From positions 3,767,737 to 3,831,736 of the forward strand of contig JBNZDD010013687.1 in the NCBI GenBank assembly GCA_050575255.1: a stretch of DNA of 64,000 nucleotides, written 5' to 3'. A program made the translations under genes and the position numbers. The notes beneath the pieces were generated by a model. That model had not been told where the DNA came from. It made no database searches and saw nothing but the letters and a program-made list of their open reading frames with translations. The first letter of the stretch is position 1. Each line of letters starts with the position of its first letter. This stretch comes from Harriotta raleighana. Lineage: Eukaryota. This document shows positions 39,006 to 52,177 of the stretch, in pieces.

Positions 39006-39956
39006 AGTATAGGAATTGCAGTAATAGGCATGTATATGTTAGTGACCAAAAAATGGGCTTTAATGATTATATTTTTGTCAATTTAGTTATTTTCTTTTTA
39101 ATTGCCCGGTTATGATACCATGATACTTTTTAATGGACAAATATACTGCGTTGTCTATGCTATTCGTCAGTTTATAGGAACTCTGTGTGTATATAAACAA
39201 ATGTGAAAATCATGATTGAGATTACCTCATACCTTATTTCAAGGACACAAAAGGTCAGATTGGCACACATTTGACAGAACTGTTGCTCATTATAAATGGT
39301 TTGTCACATGGTAACATATAATTAAGGTAATGGTTGGAGTTGCAAAGACAGAATATGCTACGGCAGTTGTTTGATTGTAGTATGGGTCAGAAGATCATAC
39401 GTTTCTACATGATGTATTCACATTAGATTAGTGTTTCAGTGAACAGGATATAAAATAAATTGCAGCTGTTTCTGTTAATTCTTGCCAGAACCCAGATCTT
39501 GCTCTCTGGTCTTTAATTTGTTGAGAATTTGAAGGTTGAAAAAAAAATTATTGTATTACTTTGGTGAAGCACCAAATTGAATTTTTTTTCAATTATTTGT
39601 TATATTATTGAGTGTTCAGGAAGCGCTTAGAATTCAAATGAACTAAGTATGGCAGATGAAAAGAGAGATGATTCTAGACCTGGCTATAAGTACTTCTTGT
39701 GCAGTGCAGCATAAAGATGTTTCAGATTATGTACAGAAAAAAAACATTCGTTAATAGAACAAACTGTAAGAACTAAACAGCTCCTTTCTCTAATCACTCC
39801 TATTAAGCAAAGCTAATTAGAAGCGCCTTTACTTATAAAGTGGTAACGTGTTCTGAAAGTGAGCGAGAACAAAAGTCATTAGAATGTATGTACTGCAGCA
39901 GAGGGTTTCCATCAATCAGTAACAGGACATAGAACTAACCTTTGGGCGTAATCTGC

Positions 39957-41140
39957 ACCCATTGAGCTCCTTATGATGGGTTTTATTGTACGGCAATAAT
40001 ATTTTGTCCCACTGAGTTCTTTATGATGGATTCCACAATATAATATTACAATACCAAACTGACCCACTGAGCCCTTTTTGATAGGTTCCACTGTGTGGAT
40101 ATAGCAAATTGAGCTCTATATGAGGATTGTGTTGTACAGCAATTTATGTTACCCCCACAGAGCTTCCTGTGATGCTTCTATTGTGTGGGTAATAGTAAAA
40201 GTAGCAAAAAGTAGCAAAAAAAACTACATTAAGCTTTTTACATCGGGTTCTATTGGCTAGATGGAGTAAATTGCTCCTCGTGATTACTTCTAAATAAAAT
40301 CTCAGTACATTAGCAGGTAATGGCACTCAGCTTTTTTATGATTAGGTATTATGGTTATTGGTGCTATTATAGTAAAATGCCCCAATGAGGTTCTTAGTTC
40401 TGTTTGATATGAAATGTGAATGAAAATATTGGTACTGTACAATTAATAATGTAAATACAAATAAATTAATCATTTAAAGTAATATTATTAATAAGACTAA
40501 ATAGAGAAAGGGCTGTTTGATTCATGCAGTTTGTTCTATTGAGTACTTCAGGATTTCATGTAAAATGTAGTGACTGTGTACTTAGCAGGCAAACACAGCA
40601 CCCATTTGCATACATCAATACCTAATAAATAGCCATGAGGTGAATACCCAATTTTATCTAGAAATATAGAGAGAAACTCCTTAATACAAGTGGTAATAAT
40701 AATAATAATCCTTCAATTTGATATAGTGTCTTATCACATGTTCGAGATATCTCAAAGCGCTACACAGGATATACTGTAAAGTGAATTAACTGTATATTTT
40801 GTGGGCAAAATGAAAATGTAAATAGAATATTGATGTACCAACAAACAATAAATTGTTCCCTTTGAGTTCCCTCTAGCAGTAGGAAATGATTTTGCTTAGC
40901 TTTCTCTTGTGGGTTCTATATTGTATGACAGTAGTTAAATATTGCACAGAGCTTCCTATAGTGGGTTTTATAGTATTGCAGTGGTAAAATATTGAACGTT
41001 AGCTTCTAATGAGTTCTAAAGTGTGGCAACAGTAAATTGTAAACCATTCTAACATGAGTTCTTCAGGTAGCTTGATATGTATTGTAAACCTTGTGAATTG
41101 AGTTTCTTGGTTTTGTGTGGCAGCAGTAAGTGTACTCATG
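39957..41140. repeat. Highly diverged ~50-bp tandem array, split by SINE fragments
   Basis: Recurring cccactgagc/ttcctt-atgatgggtt-ctattgtgtggcagtagtaaa units near 39957, 40008, 40063, 40107, 40154, 40323, 40893, 40943, 40996 and 41095. Confidence 0.65.
40694..40810 (-). mobile_element. SINE 3' fragment
   Basis: (taa)n ccttcaatttgatatagtg...aaagtgaattaactgtatattttgtgggc. Confidence 0.85.
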
Positions 41141-42774
41141 GAATGCCTTAGGATCATAGTTTGCAGTACAATAAAAGTGGACTGTGCCTTCGGATAATAA
41201 ATTTGGATGATGGAAATGCGTTTTATCAAACATCTATTTAGGATATAATATGGAAGCCATATATTGAGCCATTTGTGATGGTGCAACTATATTGTGGTAC
41301 ATCAGTATTCTATTTATATCACTGCAAATATTTAAGTTTGAAACAGCTACAACCTTGTACTTTCAATTTATTTGAATAATAAAGTTGTCTGCAATATATT
41401 CAGGGAATTAATGAAATTGACATCTTTTTTGGGGGGAACAGCTCTAAATATTGATATTATTTAACGATCCTGATGGCGCTTCAAAAAATGTGGGAGTAAA
41501 GCGTGACATTGTCATATCAGTTATGCAGTATTTCATCCAATTATGAACTATTTTGGCAGTTGGTACAATGAATAAATGATTTAAATTTAATGAATACTCT
41601 ACATGCAATGTACTGCTGGAAATCCTAATTACTACACTTTATGCATCAGCACCTGGGAGTGGCATTTCATGTAGCCTCCTATTCAGGTGCACAAAGGTTG
41701 CAGAATGCATTGCAACCTCGATTATGCTTTTGTATATAACACAGGATAAAATTCCCCACTATGAAGATCACCAAGAGAAACGATTAAATGCCGTTTTATT
41801 TATTATACTGTGCCCTCGTGAAGAGGGGAAACATTTTTTTCTCAACAAATCTAATAGTCATGCAACTTAGCTGCTTTAATTACTTAATTAATGCAGTTTA
41901 AAATGAGATACCAATGAAATTTGAGACGCTTTTATACTCTTACCTGTTCTGATGCAATTTTCTCAGGTCATCAGAATAGTTAGAGACCAGGCATACTGCA
42001 GGACATATGGGGGGTGTAGAAAATTAAACCTTCTATGAATTGCACCTATTTGCAACCATTCACCAAACCAATATCTGAACACAGAACATTGCATTTCCTC
42101 TTGAGTCGCTTGCAGTTTGTAAACTTTTAGGAACCAATGAGCAAAAGGCAATTTAAGACACATAATGATACAATGATCAGTTAGGTTATTAGGTCACATA
42201 ATAAACACAAGGGACCCAGACCAGACAGGAACAAAATACGTTAGAACTGAGAGGGAAAAATTCCTTGCAACAGACCAATGAATGAGAAATAGAATGTGAA
42301 AATGGCTGCCCGGCATCTTTCAGTGAAGCTGACCTTATTTTCCTTATTTTATGTTTATTTTTTAATGTACTTTATGTTTTTGTTATAAAGAATACCAACA
42401 CTAAGGATCACAGAATTAGACTATAAATGTCACTGAGCTAACACTGCAAATCCAAGTTGAATTATATAGTCTCTGAACTCCTTTCTGCTATATTCAATGT
42501 GTATAGATGCACTGATGCAAAAGGTCAATAATTGGAATCTGTGCAGTATCACTATAAACGTAGACACACACTCAACATTATTATCTGGTTTAAAACTTGA
42601 ATTTAAATGCTATTCTTCAATTGAAAGCTATCTCATTTACAGTTCAGTTCAACAGAGGTTATTCCTCACAATCTCTCACTCGTTGAATCCCTAATTACAA
42701 TTGGATTGTCAAAAGAGGCATTGAGCAGAGATTAGTGAGTTGAAACAAAATAATAAGGATCCTTCTACCTGCTT

Positions 42775-42905
42775 TGTTGGACCTTAAAAGAGCCTATCGC
42801 ACTATTCAAAAAGACTATCGAGTGTCCTGGCCAACACTCCTCAACATCAAAATTGGATATTTGCTTTATAACTAGTTGTGGGAGCTTGCTTGCTAATGGC
42901 TCCTA
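42775..42905 (+). mobile_element. Old Deu-domain SINE fragment
   Basis: gcactattcaaaaaga...gtgtcctggccaaca...ttgtgggagcttgct. Confidence 0.5.
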
Positions 42906-43357
42906 CAAAATCCAGTCAAAATCCAGTGGTGCATTGTTAGGATGGGGATTGTGAGGATTGTTGAGGGTGAGATAGGACAATCTGATCCTCATCTTTTAGG
43001 TATATAAATATAAGTTGTTGTGTTGTCTCATGTGGAGAGTTGCACTTGTGACTCTGTAACTCTCTTTCAATCCCTCTCTTTCTCTGATAATGAAATCATA
43101 GGTACTATTGCAACACATGGTATTTCCTAGTAGAGACTTCTGTACAAACTCACCTGCAGCATTTTACAAACAAATCTCAGATTTACTGCTCACTCAGACT
43201 ATGATTAATTGCGCTCACGTACAGCCTGAGAACAGAGGAACCATATAGATTTTTCAGCACAGTTGACTTCTAGCATCAATTCAGTGCCTTGATTGTTATT
43301 TTCAACAACAACTTTGTTTTCAACAACTTGATTTTCAACTGTGTTTCAGTAACCACT

Positions 43358-44249
43358 ATTTTTGAGGATATTTCGAGTAAACTAGATAGGGGCGAATCAG
43401 TAGATGTAGTCTATTTGGATTTCCAGAAGGCATTCAATAAGGTGCCGCATAAAAGTGTGAAGTCATCCACCTAGGTCGCAAAAACATCAGAGCATGTTAT
43501 TTTTTAGAGGGGGAGAGATTGGAAAGTGTTAGCATGCAGAGTGACTTGGGTGTCCTTGTACACCAACACAGAAAGTTAGTGTGCAGGTGCAGCAGGCAAT
43601 TAGGAAGGCTAACGATATGTTAGCTTTCATTATGAAAGGGTTAGAGTATAAGAGTAGGGAAGTCTTGCTGCAGGCTGTAAAGGGCCCTGGTGAGACCACA
43701 CCTGGAATACTGTGTGCAGTTTTGGTCTCCTTATTTAAGAAAGGATGTATTTGCCTTGGAGGGAGTGCAGCATAGGTTTACTAGGTTAGTACCTGGAATG
43801 AGGAGGATAAGTTATGATGATAGCTTGATTAATTTGGGCCTATATTCTCTGGAATATAGAAGAATTAGAGGGGATCGTATAGAAACTTATAAGATTATTA
43901 AGGGGCATGACAAAGTAGATAGTGGGAGATTGCTTCCCCTGGTTGGAGAATCTAAAACCAGGAGTCACAGTCTTAAAGTTAGGGGTCAACCCTTTCACAC
44001 TGAGTTGAAAAAAAACTTCTTCATTCAGAGGGTGGTGGATGTATGGAATTCTTTCCCCAAAGGGCTATGCTCATTCCTTGCGCATATTCAAGACTGAGTT
44101 AGATAGATTTCTCATTTTTTAAGGTATTAAGGGGTATGCGGATAAGGCAGGTAGCTGGAGTTAGAGTAGAATATCAGCCATGATTGAATGGCGGGGCAGG
44201 CTCGATGGGCCGAATGGCCTACTCCTGCTCCTATTTCTTATGTTCTTAT
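43358..44249 (+). mobile_element. CR1 LINE ORF2 fragment with internal deletion and intact 3' tail
   Basis: Peptides FEDISSKLDRGESVDVVYLDFQKAFNKVPH and RPHLEYCVQFWSPYLRKD...YSLEYRRIRGDRIETYKII are typical of CR1 ORF2. Ends in gatgggccgaatggcctactcctgctcctatttcttatgttcttat. Confidence 0.95.
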
Positions 44250-45604
44250 TTGACACTTCCAGGCTAAGTAGAAACTGACGTCAATACCATGTATTTATAC
44301 TGTGCTGTTTCCATAAAAGAATCTCAAAGCAACATCTGTCCAGACAGAATGTCCATATCATTGGAACTGCAATTTTCCTCCTGTTGCTGCTCATGCAAAC
44401 TTTATCAACCGTAGAAAAATCATCTTCATATAGTAGATTATCCTACGAATGGGCTTCGGATACTGCAAATGGTATCTAGATCATGATTCCTCTAGGAATC
44501 TGTAACAGCTTCACTGTACTTTTTACTGACTGTGATCTTTAACTTGATATATGCCTGACATATATAGACTTTCGAATCTTTTTGGCTCAAAATGATCAAG
44601 CTAATTATTGTTGTAAAAATGTGAATTTTCAATGTTCATAGCTTTCCTGTGGAAAAGCTTTTTTTTAAAAAAAGAACTTCAGCTTAAGCTGAGCGGTTTT
44701 GTGAGCAGGCAAGCTCAGTGATTTTATCGAGTACTGCCACCAGCTGCAATGTGTGCCAACCAGCTGATGTACACGTAGGTAAGAAAAAGCACCACTCTCT
44801 CAGAGGCTAATCCAAACTGTAAGATTCAACCTGTCATGCAGAGAGGAGTGATATCAGAGTAATATTTGAAATAATTATATTCAGAGACAGAGTAAAGACA
44901 GCAGTCTTTCAAAAGCTAGCACCAGAAGCAACTGAGAATTTTCAGGGTGTGCACAGTACTCAACTCCCTAGCTAATACACAGTCATAGAAAGAAAACAAT
45001 TCAATGGGCAAACTCTCCAGCTCTTTTCTAACCTCTCCATTTAACAGAAGTTTTTTCAGGCTGAGCTTCCCCAGTTTGCAGCCCTCTTAGCTTCTGGTAC
45101 ATGGGGTGCTAGCCTAAACCAGTCTACTTTTTCTCCAGATAATTCATATTCAGCAAACTAAGAATTCCTTTCCATGCAATGTCCAACATATTCCCTGTTT
45201 AGGGAATTATTGCCCCAGTTGATTACCTTTTGAATGACTCTTATAGCTTTAAGGAAGCTGTCAGCTGTTTCCATCACCTAGATTGGAATGAAACTAGCTG
45301 GCTTGACTGTTACTCCATTCATTTGTGGCCTTTCTAGACTAATCACACTCTTACTGTGTTAACGTTGTCAGTGACTACTGATTTAACTGCTTCTTACCTA
45401 TGCTCAGAGCCGTTGGTTTACTTCCACCTCTTTACACTCAGCCAATGCTGAAAACGTGTGCCACAACTTCTTCTGTTGTCATAGTATAAAAGGCCATCAA
45501 CCTAGTGATTATTATATCAGCTTTGGGAAAAACCCTGATCATGGTGCAGCAATAACATTCAAATTCTTTAGCAACTACCTACATTCAATCGAGACACAAC
45601 TTGT

Positions 45605-45919
45605 GGAGTCCTGTAGCTCAGTGGTTAGAGCACTCTCCTTATAAGCGTGAGACCTGTGTTTGAATCCAGGCAGGTCAGGGTGAAACCTTGGGAATTTATA
45701 GTTTCCTTACTCCACATGCCTAATAATAATCCGTCCAAAATATTTTTTTTTTAAATTGGTCATTTCAATCCACGACTGTAGGACACTGCTGTGCTCAATT
45801 GGCTGCCATGTTTCACCCACAAATATACAGTCAATTCACTTTACAGTATATTCTGTGAAGTGCTTTAAGATGTCTAGAAGACGTGAAAAGCGCTTTATCA
45901 AAATGCAAGGGTTATTATA
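45605..45919 (+). mobile_element. Full-length tRNA-derived SINE
   Basis: Head ggagtcctgtagctcagtggttagagcac, core and tail. Confidence 0.92.
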
Positions 45920-46570
45920 AGAAATGCATTACAAAGAAATGCAGTGAAATGAAGAGCATGAAGAGCTATCAAGTAAAGTAGACTACAGTACACCTAAGCA
46001 GGTTAATTTACTATGTTGTAATAATCACTCAATATTAAAGCACTGAATTAGAAAATTAGTCACATGAGAACTAGAAGCAAAGTATTTTAGGTTTGGTCAT
46101 TGACGAAGAACACGCCACGACAGGGAATTTATTGTTATTCATTAAACAACCTACAAAAACCTAAAATGTTCAGTTCACAGCATTATAAAAAGTCCTTTCA
46201 GCACATGGCTTGCCTCAGTATGGTAATATTCATTCATGTACTATGCTTGAATGTTCTCAACTGAATATGCACATCAAGTTACATTGTGAGATTCCTCCCT
46301 GAGGCAAACATAATTGGTTTTACATACAGAAATGCCTGTGGTCTCCCAGGAAAGAACAATTCAATCTTAATTATTCAGGTAACTGTTTTATCACCTTTTT
46401 CTGCTGGTAGGAAGTGTAAAATCAACATTATTTTCACTTCATTAATAAGAACACAATTATTGACATAACTAGAATATAACTATTGTGTTGTGGCCTGCAG
46501 TAATCCAATGCAGACGTGAAACCGAATGGTACAACTTCCCAAGCTGCACAAGTGTTGTGCTGTTACCCAT

Positions 46571-46856
46571 TAATAATAATCCTTGCATTTGATATAGCGC
46601 TTTTCACGTCTTCTAGACGTCTCAAAGCACTTCACAGAATATAGTGTAAAGTGAATTGACTGTATAATTGCGCACAGCAGTGTCCCACAAACAGTCATGG
46701 ATTGAAATGACCCGTTTTATTGTTTTTTTTTAGGAATTATTATTAGGCATGTAGAGTAAGGAAATTTGCCCAAGGTTTCGCCCTGACCTGCCTGGATTCG
46801 AATAGAGCTCTCACGCTTGTAAGGCGAGTGCTCTAACCACTGAGCTACAGGACTCC
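46571..46856 (-). mobile_element. Near full-length tRNA-derived SINE with a small internal deletion
   Basis: Reverse complement of the 45605-45919 family; ends in ctctaaccactgagctacaggactcc. Confidence 0.92.
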
Positions 46857-47799
46857 AAATCTTGTGTTATTGGTAGCCATCTCACACTTCAACAACTAAA
46901 TTAAATTTGTGTTTACCCATTAGCACCATATTATTATCTGCCACTTGTCTAGGTACCAACTAGACCATCTATAATATTCTAGTGCAGAAAGCAGATGATT
47001 AATTTTATGAAGACTACTCTCTGGCATCTTTGATTCCTTGATCTGCTATTGGGTTTAATTCAAATACAGTACTGCAGTATGAAGCCCCTTTGAATTAAAC
47101 CAACGTGCACATTAAAAAAAGGTGGGGCTCTGCATCTTTGAACTATTACAACTGCTTTACTTCCAACTGAATTGTCTCTGACATCAAGCAGCTCACTCAT
47201 GAGCAGCTGCTCTGGTAACAAGCTAACCGTTCAAACACATTGTTTAGTAGGATACAGCCTAGTAACCTCACTCCTCCTTATCATGCTGGTGAAAGTAAGC
47301 ATTATCAAATTGAAATATTCTCCCCAGCTTTTGCACATCAGGTTCTCAAGTTCACATCAATGACTCCCAAGCCACCTTCAAGTAATTCAACTAACAAATT
47401 TCCTACTTTATTTGGAATGGTAAATGACCCGGCATTTGATTTCAATGTTTCTAACTCCCACATGTCAGAGCAGACTCTCCATTCCTAATTGTTTTTTTAT
47501 TCTTATTGATCAGACTGAGTTTGGTCCTATTGGACTGGATTCAAGTATCTCCAGAAAGTTACATCTAAAGCTGCAATAACCATTGATCTTAAGCCCCTTT
47601 AGTATATTTTCAGACTCCCAGTAGAGATCTTCTTAACTGTATTGGACAATCACATTGTGGGTGGACATCACTGCTACTGCTTTCTTTCTGCTTCAAAGAG
47701 CAGTACCTTCAGCCACCTAATGCCTCATCAGAATGCATTTGACACTGTCTTTTTGTGTTACTTTTATTTTGTAATTGCCTATTTTATTTTAATTTTACA

Positions 47800-47913
47800 G
47801 TTGGCTGCCATGTTTCACCCACAAAATGTAGTCAATCCACTGTACAATATATTCTGTGAAGCCCTTTGAGAAGTCTCAACGACGTGATAAGGCATTATAT
47901 TAAATGCAAGGAT
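47800..47913 (+). mobile_element. SINE 3' fragment
   Basis: ttggctgccatgtttcacccacaaa...aaatgcaaggatt. Confidence 0.85.
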
Positions 47914-48795
47914 TTAAAAAATTATTACTTGCTGGAAGTAAAGCATTTTTTTTCCATCCTTTTTTAAAAATTCATACTGGTGATATTTGCCTATATTGGA
48001 GTTGCAATGTGAACTTTATTGACAGACTTTTTTTTAGATGTTGACTTAATAAAGATGAGCAAAAAATTAAGGGTTCCAATTGCCTTCTAATAATCAAGTA
48101 CATGCTTTTTCATTAATTGCAAAATTTTGTTTTGGTCAATCATTCCAATCTACCAGATAGATCTTATTTAAAATTATAATGTTTAAAAGCAATTGTTCCA
48201 AATTAAGCACATTATAAATGGTTCTTAATTGCTAATCTACGGTTTCTAGTATATTTTACACTGAGATGTGTTCCACTTTATTTTCAACTTTTAGGAATAA
48301 TCACATTTATGTAAATAGAGTGCTTAAACTACTGAATTATGTTTTAAAGCTGTTTAAACATCTATCTTATATTAATCTAACTAGTTATTTTAATTTATTT
48401 AGGGTAGCTTTACACATTTTAGAGCATTATAGAACTATGGCTAAAGGGACTATTCATTCATACTGAAATATTGTTAATTGATGTCATTGGTAATGTCATT
48501 GTTCAACCACATTTAAACATCAAATTTAAAATATGCTACAGGTTACAATTTTATCATTTTGTATCCATTAAACTGGATTTACTATACAGTGTAGTGACTG
48601 TGCATTTTGGAGGTAAACATGACAGCAATGTCCCACAAAACAGCCATGATTGAAGGCCGTTAATGATCAGGATAAATTCTCTTCACCTCATACATAGTAC
48701 CATAAAATGTTTAATAGCCAGATTAGTTTATCCACTAATTCGAAGGACAGCATGTCCAACAATGCATTGTTCCCCATAGCAATGAATATGGAGTA

Positions 48796-48930
48796 TTAAT
48801 AATAATAATCCTTGCATTTGATATATCGCCTTAGCACGTTTTCAAGTGAAGTTACTATAAAGTGAATTGACTGTATATTTTGTGTGCACACAGCAGTGTC
48901 CCACAAACAGTCGTGGATTGAATGACCAAG
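48796..48930 (-). mobile_element. SINE 3' fragment
   Basis: (taa)n ccttgcatttgatat...cagcagtgtcccacaaacagtcgtggattgaatgacc. Confidence 0.85.
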
Positions 48931-50617
48931 TCGTGACCAATTTATCATTATTTTAGATGAGAATCTGCAAATCAAAGACTGATCCTGGAGCAACCTTGAG
49001 TTTATGTGACTTTGTATAAAGTGGAACTATGCATTAAACTATTCAAAAATGTTATAGTTTTAATAGGATTCAAATGAAACCTTTTATGTTTATTCAGAAA
49101 ATTAACCCCCAAAAAGCTTTTTAGCACAAGAGTTCACCGATAGGAAAGAGAACTTTGTTTTCAGCACCTTGGGACGTCCTTCCAATGAGAAAGTTACTGT
49201 AGTTTATTAATGTAATTTGTTGTTGTTGTTTCGACACTGTCTAACTTTGATTTACAAATTAGCGTTGGTTAATTTTCCATACAATCTGTGCTCTCTACAT
49301 TTTCTCACTTGCTCTCACTTTCTCAGTTTTGGTTATGTTTTGAATTACAGCAAAATAGAATGTGGGCTTCAAGAAGAAAATATTACTTATGTTAAGTGTG
49401 ATCATTGTCAAAAACATTTCCACATAGTGGAGCCAGACTGATCTGAAAGAAAAGAGTGATAATACTTTGGGCAGTCATTGGGTGCATGAATGACAATGAC
49501 TCCTGTCTCACAAATAGAATCCATTTACACTCAATTCTCGCCAAAGCTCCAAATGCACAAGTTAGGTCACTGATCTTCACACACCAGACTGGGAAGAACT
49601 GATTTAACTCCAAAGATATCTACGATTCTCATAATATCAGCATTCCTGATGTGTGTGTGTGTTTAAAAAAAACAGCTCCAAGGGCCTCTGATCTTATGCA
49701 TTTGCAAGAAAGAACTACGTGGCTGAGTGACAGTTCTGATCTAAAGCATTTAAGTGTAAGTTTTGATCTTTCTTGCTTTGATTAAAACTAATGAGCTCAT
49801 TTAATTCAAAATGGGAATCTCTGATAAGAAAAATCAGGTTGATGTGATTGGATTAGAGGGATGAATTAAACTCCTACAGTTGAAGTTTCTGCCTAGATGG
49901 TGCATTATAGCCTCCATGAAATAAATTTTAAAAGCTGTTGGCATATTATAATGTGTTATATGATGAGAATAATTTTATAGTGATTCTTTTTTTAATCAGT
50001 AGGAATGAAAGCACTAATATATCTATGGCACTATCCTTCAGAGAGAGCAAAATAGTTAGGACTTAAGAAAGACAAAATAAGTTTGCCTATAAAGGCATAG
50101 TCTGTACACTTTAAGAAAACATTTTGAAGCTGATTGAGGTGTTTTCATAGATGCTGTACCAAAATGCAAGGATTTTGATTGTGTTCTTAAACAATCCTTC
50201 TAAAACTAGAGTTTTTTGTGTTTTGGACGTTGCTGTTAACAAATTGGTTGCTGTGTTCACCTACAAAATACACTCACTATACTTCACTGTATATCCTGTG
50301 AATAGCTCTGAGATTAACATGAAAGGCACTGTATCAAATACAAGAATGATCTAGATTCTTTAAAAAGCATTCGAAAATGATTTATCATGAGGTGACATTT
50401 CAAAAGTAAAGCCATCAGTACTTGAATCGAGACCATTATTTTCCTAAAATGTTACAATATGAATTTCATATTTAGATTAAAGTATCTTGCTTTACAAATA
50501 GAGTTGGTTGTCCTTTTGCCTTTAATTATTTGGAACAAATACAATTGCAAGTAAAGGGTATTAGCCATCATAGAATACTGCTTTTCTGCGAAATGATGTC
50601 CAATTTTATGCTGTGTA

Positions 50618-50830
50618 CAGGCAGTCCTCTAGTTAGNNAGTAAGATTTTATTTTATTTACAGTACTGTACATATTAGGAGGGGTGCAGGAGAGAGGGCAG
50701 CTCACTATACACTACAACCAATCACTGTATGTTACTGTAAGCATTATAGGGGGGTGGCTCGACTTACATACAAATTCGACTTATACCACATCTTAGGAAC
50801 CTAACCCTGACGTAACTTGAGGACTGCCTG
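50618..50830. mobile_element. Tigger/pogo-like MITE, 213 bp as assembled
   Basis: TIRs CAGGCAGTCCTCTAGTTA and TAACTTGAGGACTGCCTG match at 17/18; TA target duplication on both sides; subterminal ggaacctaaccc. Contains 'nn'. Confidence 0.88.
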
Positions 50831-51569
50831 TATATATTTCTGCTTTTCCAGGAAACTGTCTTCTAAACTTTGGATATATATTAAACATCACACACTTCCC
50901 TTTTTCTGATACTGCTACAATATTTTGTCATGAGAGAAAAAGATTACAGCTGTGAAATTGAGCTTTCTATCAGAAAAGCAGACTGTCTTCGAAGCACTAA
51001 TCCTGTGAAGAACGCATTATGCAAGCTAAATGTGTTTTAATCCATGTCTAAAAACATTATTTCAGCCTCTTTCAATACACTTTTGAAAGTTAATGATTTG
51101 CATGGGAGCATTTCGCCCCTAAACATTTAACAGTTAAAACATGATATACTCTATATACAGAAAGCCATTGGGTAAATCACCAGTTTGTGTACAAGCTGAA
51201 GTTGCTGTCGTTAGGTGCCTTTTTTATTTTTTAGGCCTTCAATTGCAATACATTGTTGAATAATTGCACATTTTGCTCAAGGTGTACCTTGATATGTACC
51301 TGTATGTTTAATACGGTGTGTAGAGTGTCTATTGTTGAGCTATAGCTGCCCCATTCCACTGATTTCTGTCAGATTTAGCTGCATTGCTGTGGCAAGATGG
51401 CATAACATGGAAGGTGGGTGGTACTGATTGTCAGGTGATGCTTGAGCTATGTGATTGACTGTGGCCAGAATATCAACCACATGCTGGTAGATGTTAGAGA
51501 ATTTCTTCAGATTCAGGGTTATTCAAGATACAAGTTTCCCGGGATGCTACCCTGCGTGAAGGGAGCTAT

Positions 51570-51716
51570 ATTATGATCCTTGCATTTGATATAACGCCTT
51601 ATCACATCTTTTGGACGTCTCAAAGCGCATCACGGGTTATACTGCTAAATGAATTGACTGTGTACCTGTGGGCGAAACGCGGCAGCCAATTGTGCACAGC
51701 AGTGGCCATGGACTGA
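51570..51716 (-). mobile_element. SINE 3' fragment
   Basis: atccttgcatttgatataacgcc...gggcgaaacgcggcagccaattgtgcacagcagtg. Confidence 0.88.
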
Positions 51717-52058
51717 GCAACCAAATTATTACTGTATATACAATGCATTATTATTTTATTATTTTGCAAGTTGTTATTGAATACAAGATTCTCTCTCACC
51801 TGAACTTTTTCAAGACTAGTTCCTAGCAGATGGATGGTGGGGTGAAGGGGTTGATAGACAGTGGTCCACCTGTTTCCCATCTCAGTGGACTACAGTTAAT
51901 TACAGTTAATTGATGGGGAGATGTAGCGACGAAGTGATGTAAATTCTTCCCAGATTCAGAACAAAGAAAGATTGCTGACAAGCATGTTTCCAAAATGACA
52001 TACAATATTGTGTTACAAAAAGTACACCAGTAATAAATGTCCTTTTGTTTTCCCACAG

Positions 52059-52177
52059 TTGAATCTACAAGCCCAAGTTTACTGAGTAATGACAATACCT
52101 TGGAACGATCATTTTTTATCAGAATGAAATCAACACTGACCAAACGGGGAATTCACATCAAGTCATCGGGCTATAAG
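52059..52177 (+). CDS. NPAS3: NPAS3 internal coding exon, 119 nt; PAS-A (not in the ORF track)
   Basis: Acceptor ccttttgttttcccacag|TT, donor TATAAG|gtaaac. Translates as (V)[39 protein letters not shown], carrying the [16 protein letters not shown] motif of the SIM/NPAS/Trh family. Phase 1 to 0 fits both neighbouring exons. Confidence 0.97.

Noticed and set aside
43690-44097. 135-aa ORF as a host or domesticated gene
   Set aside because: It is CR1 ORF2 C-terminal sequence in a deleted, frameshifted copy that still has its retroposon tail.
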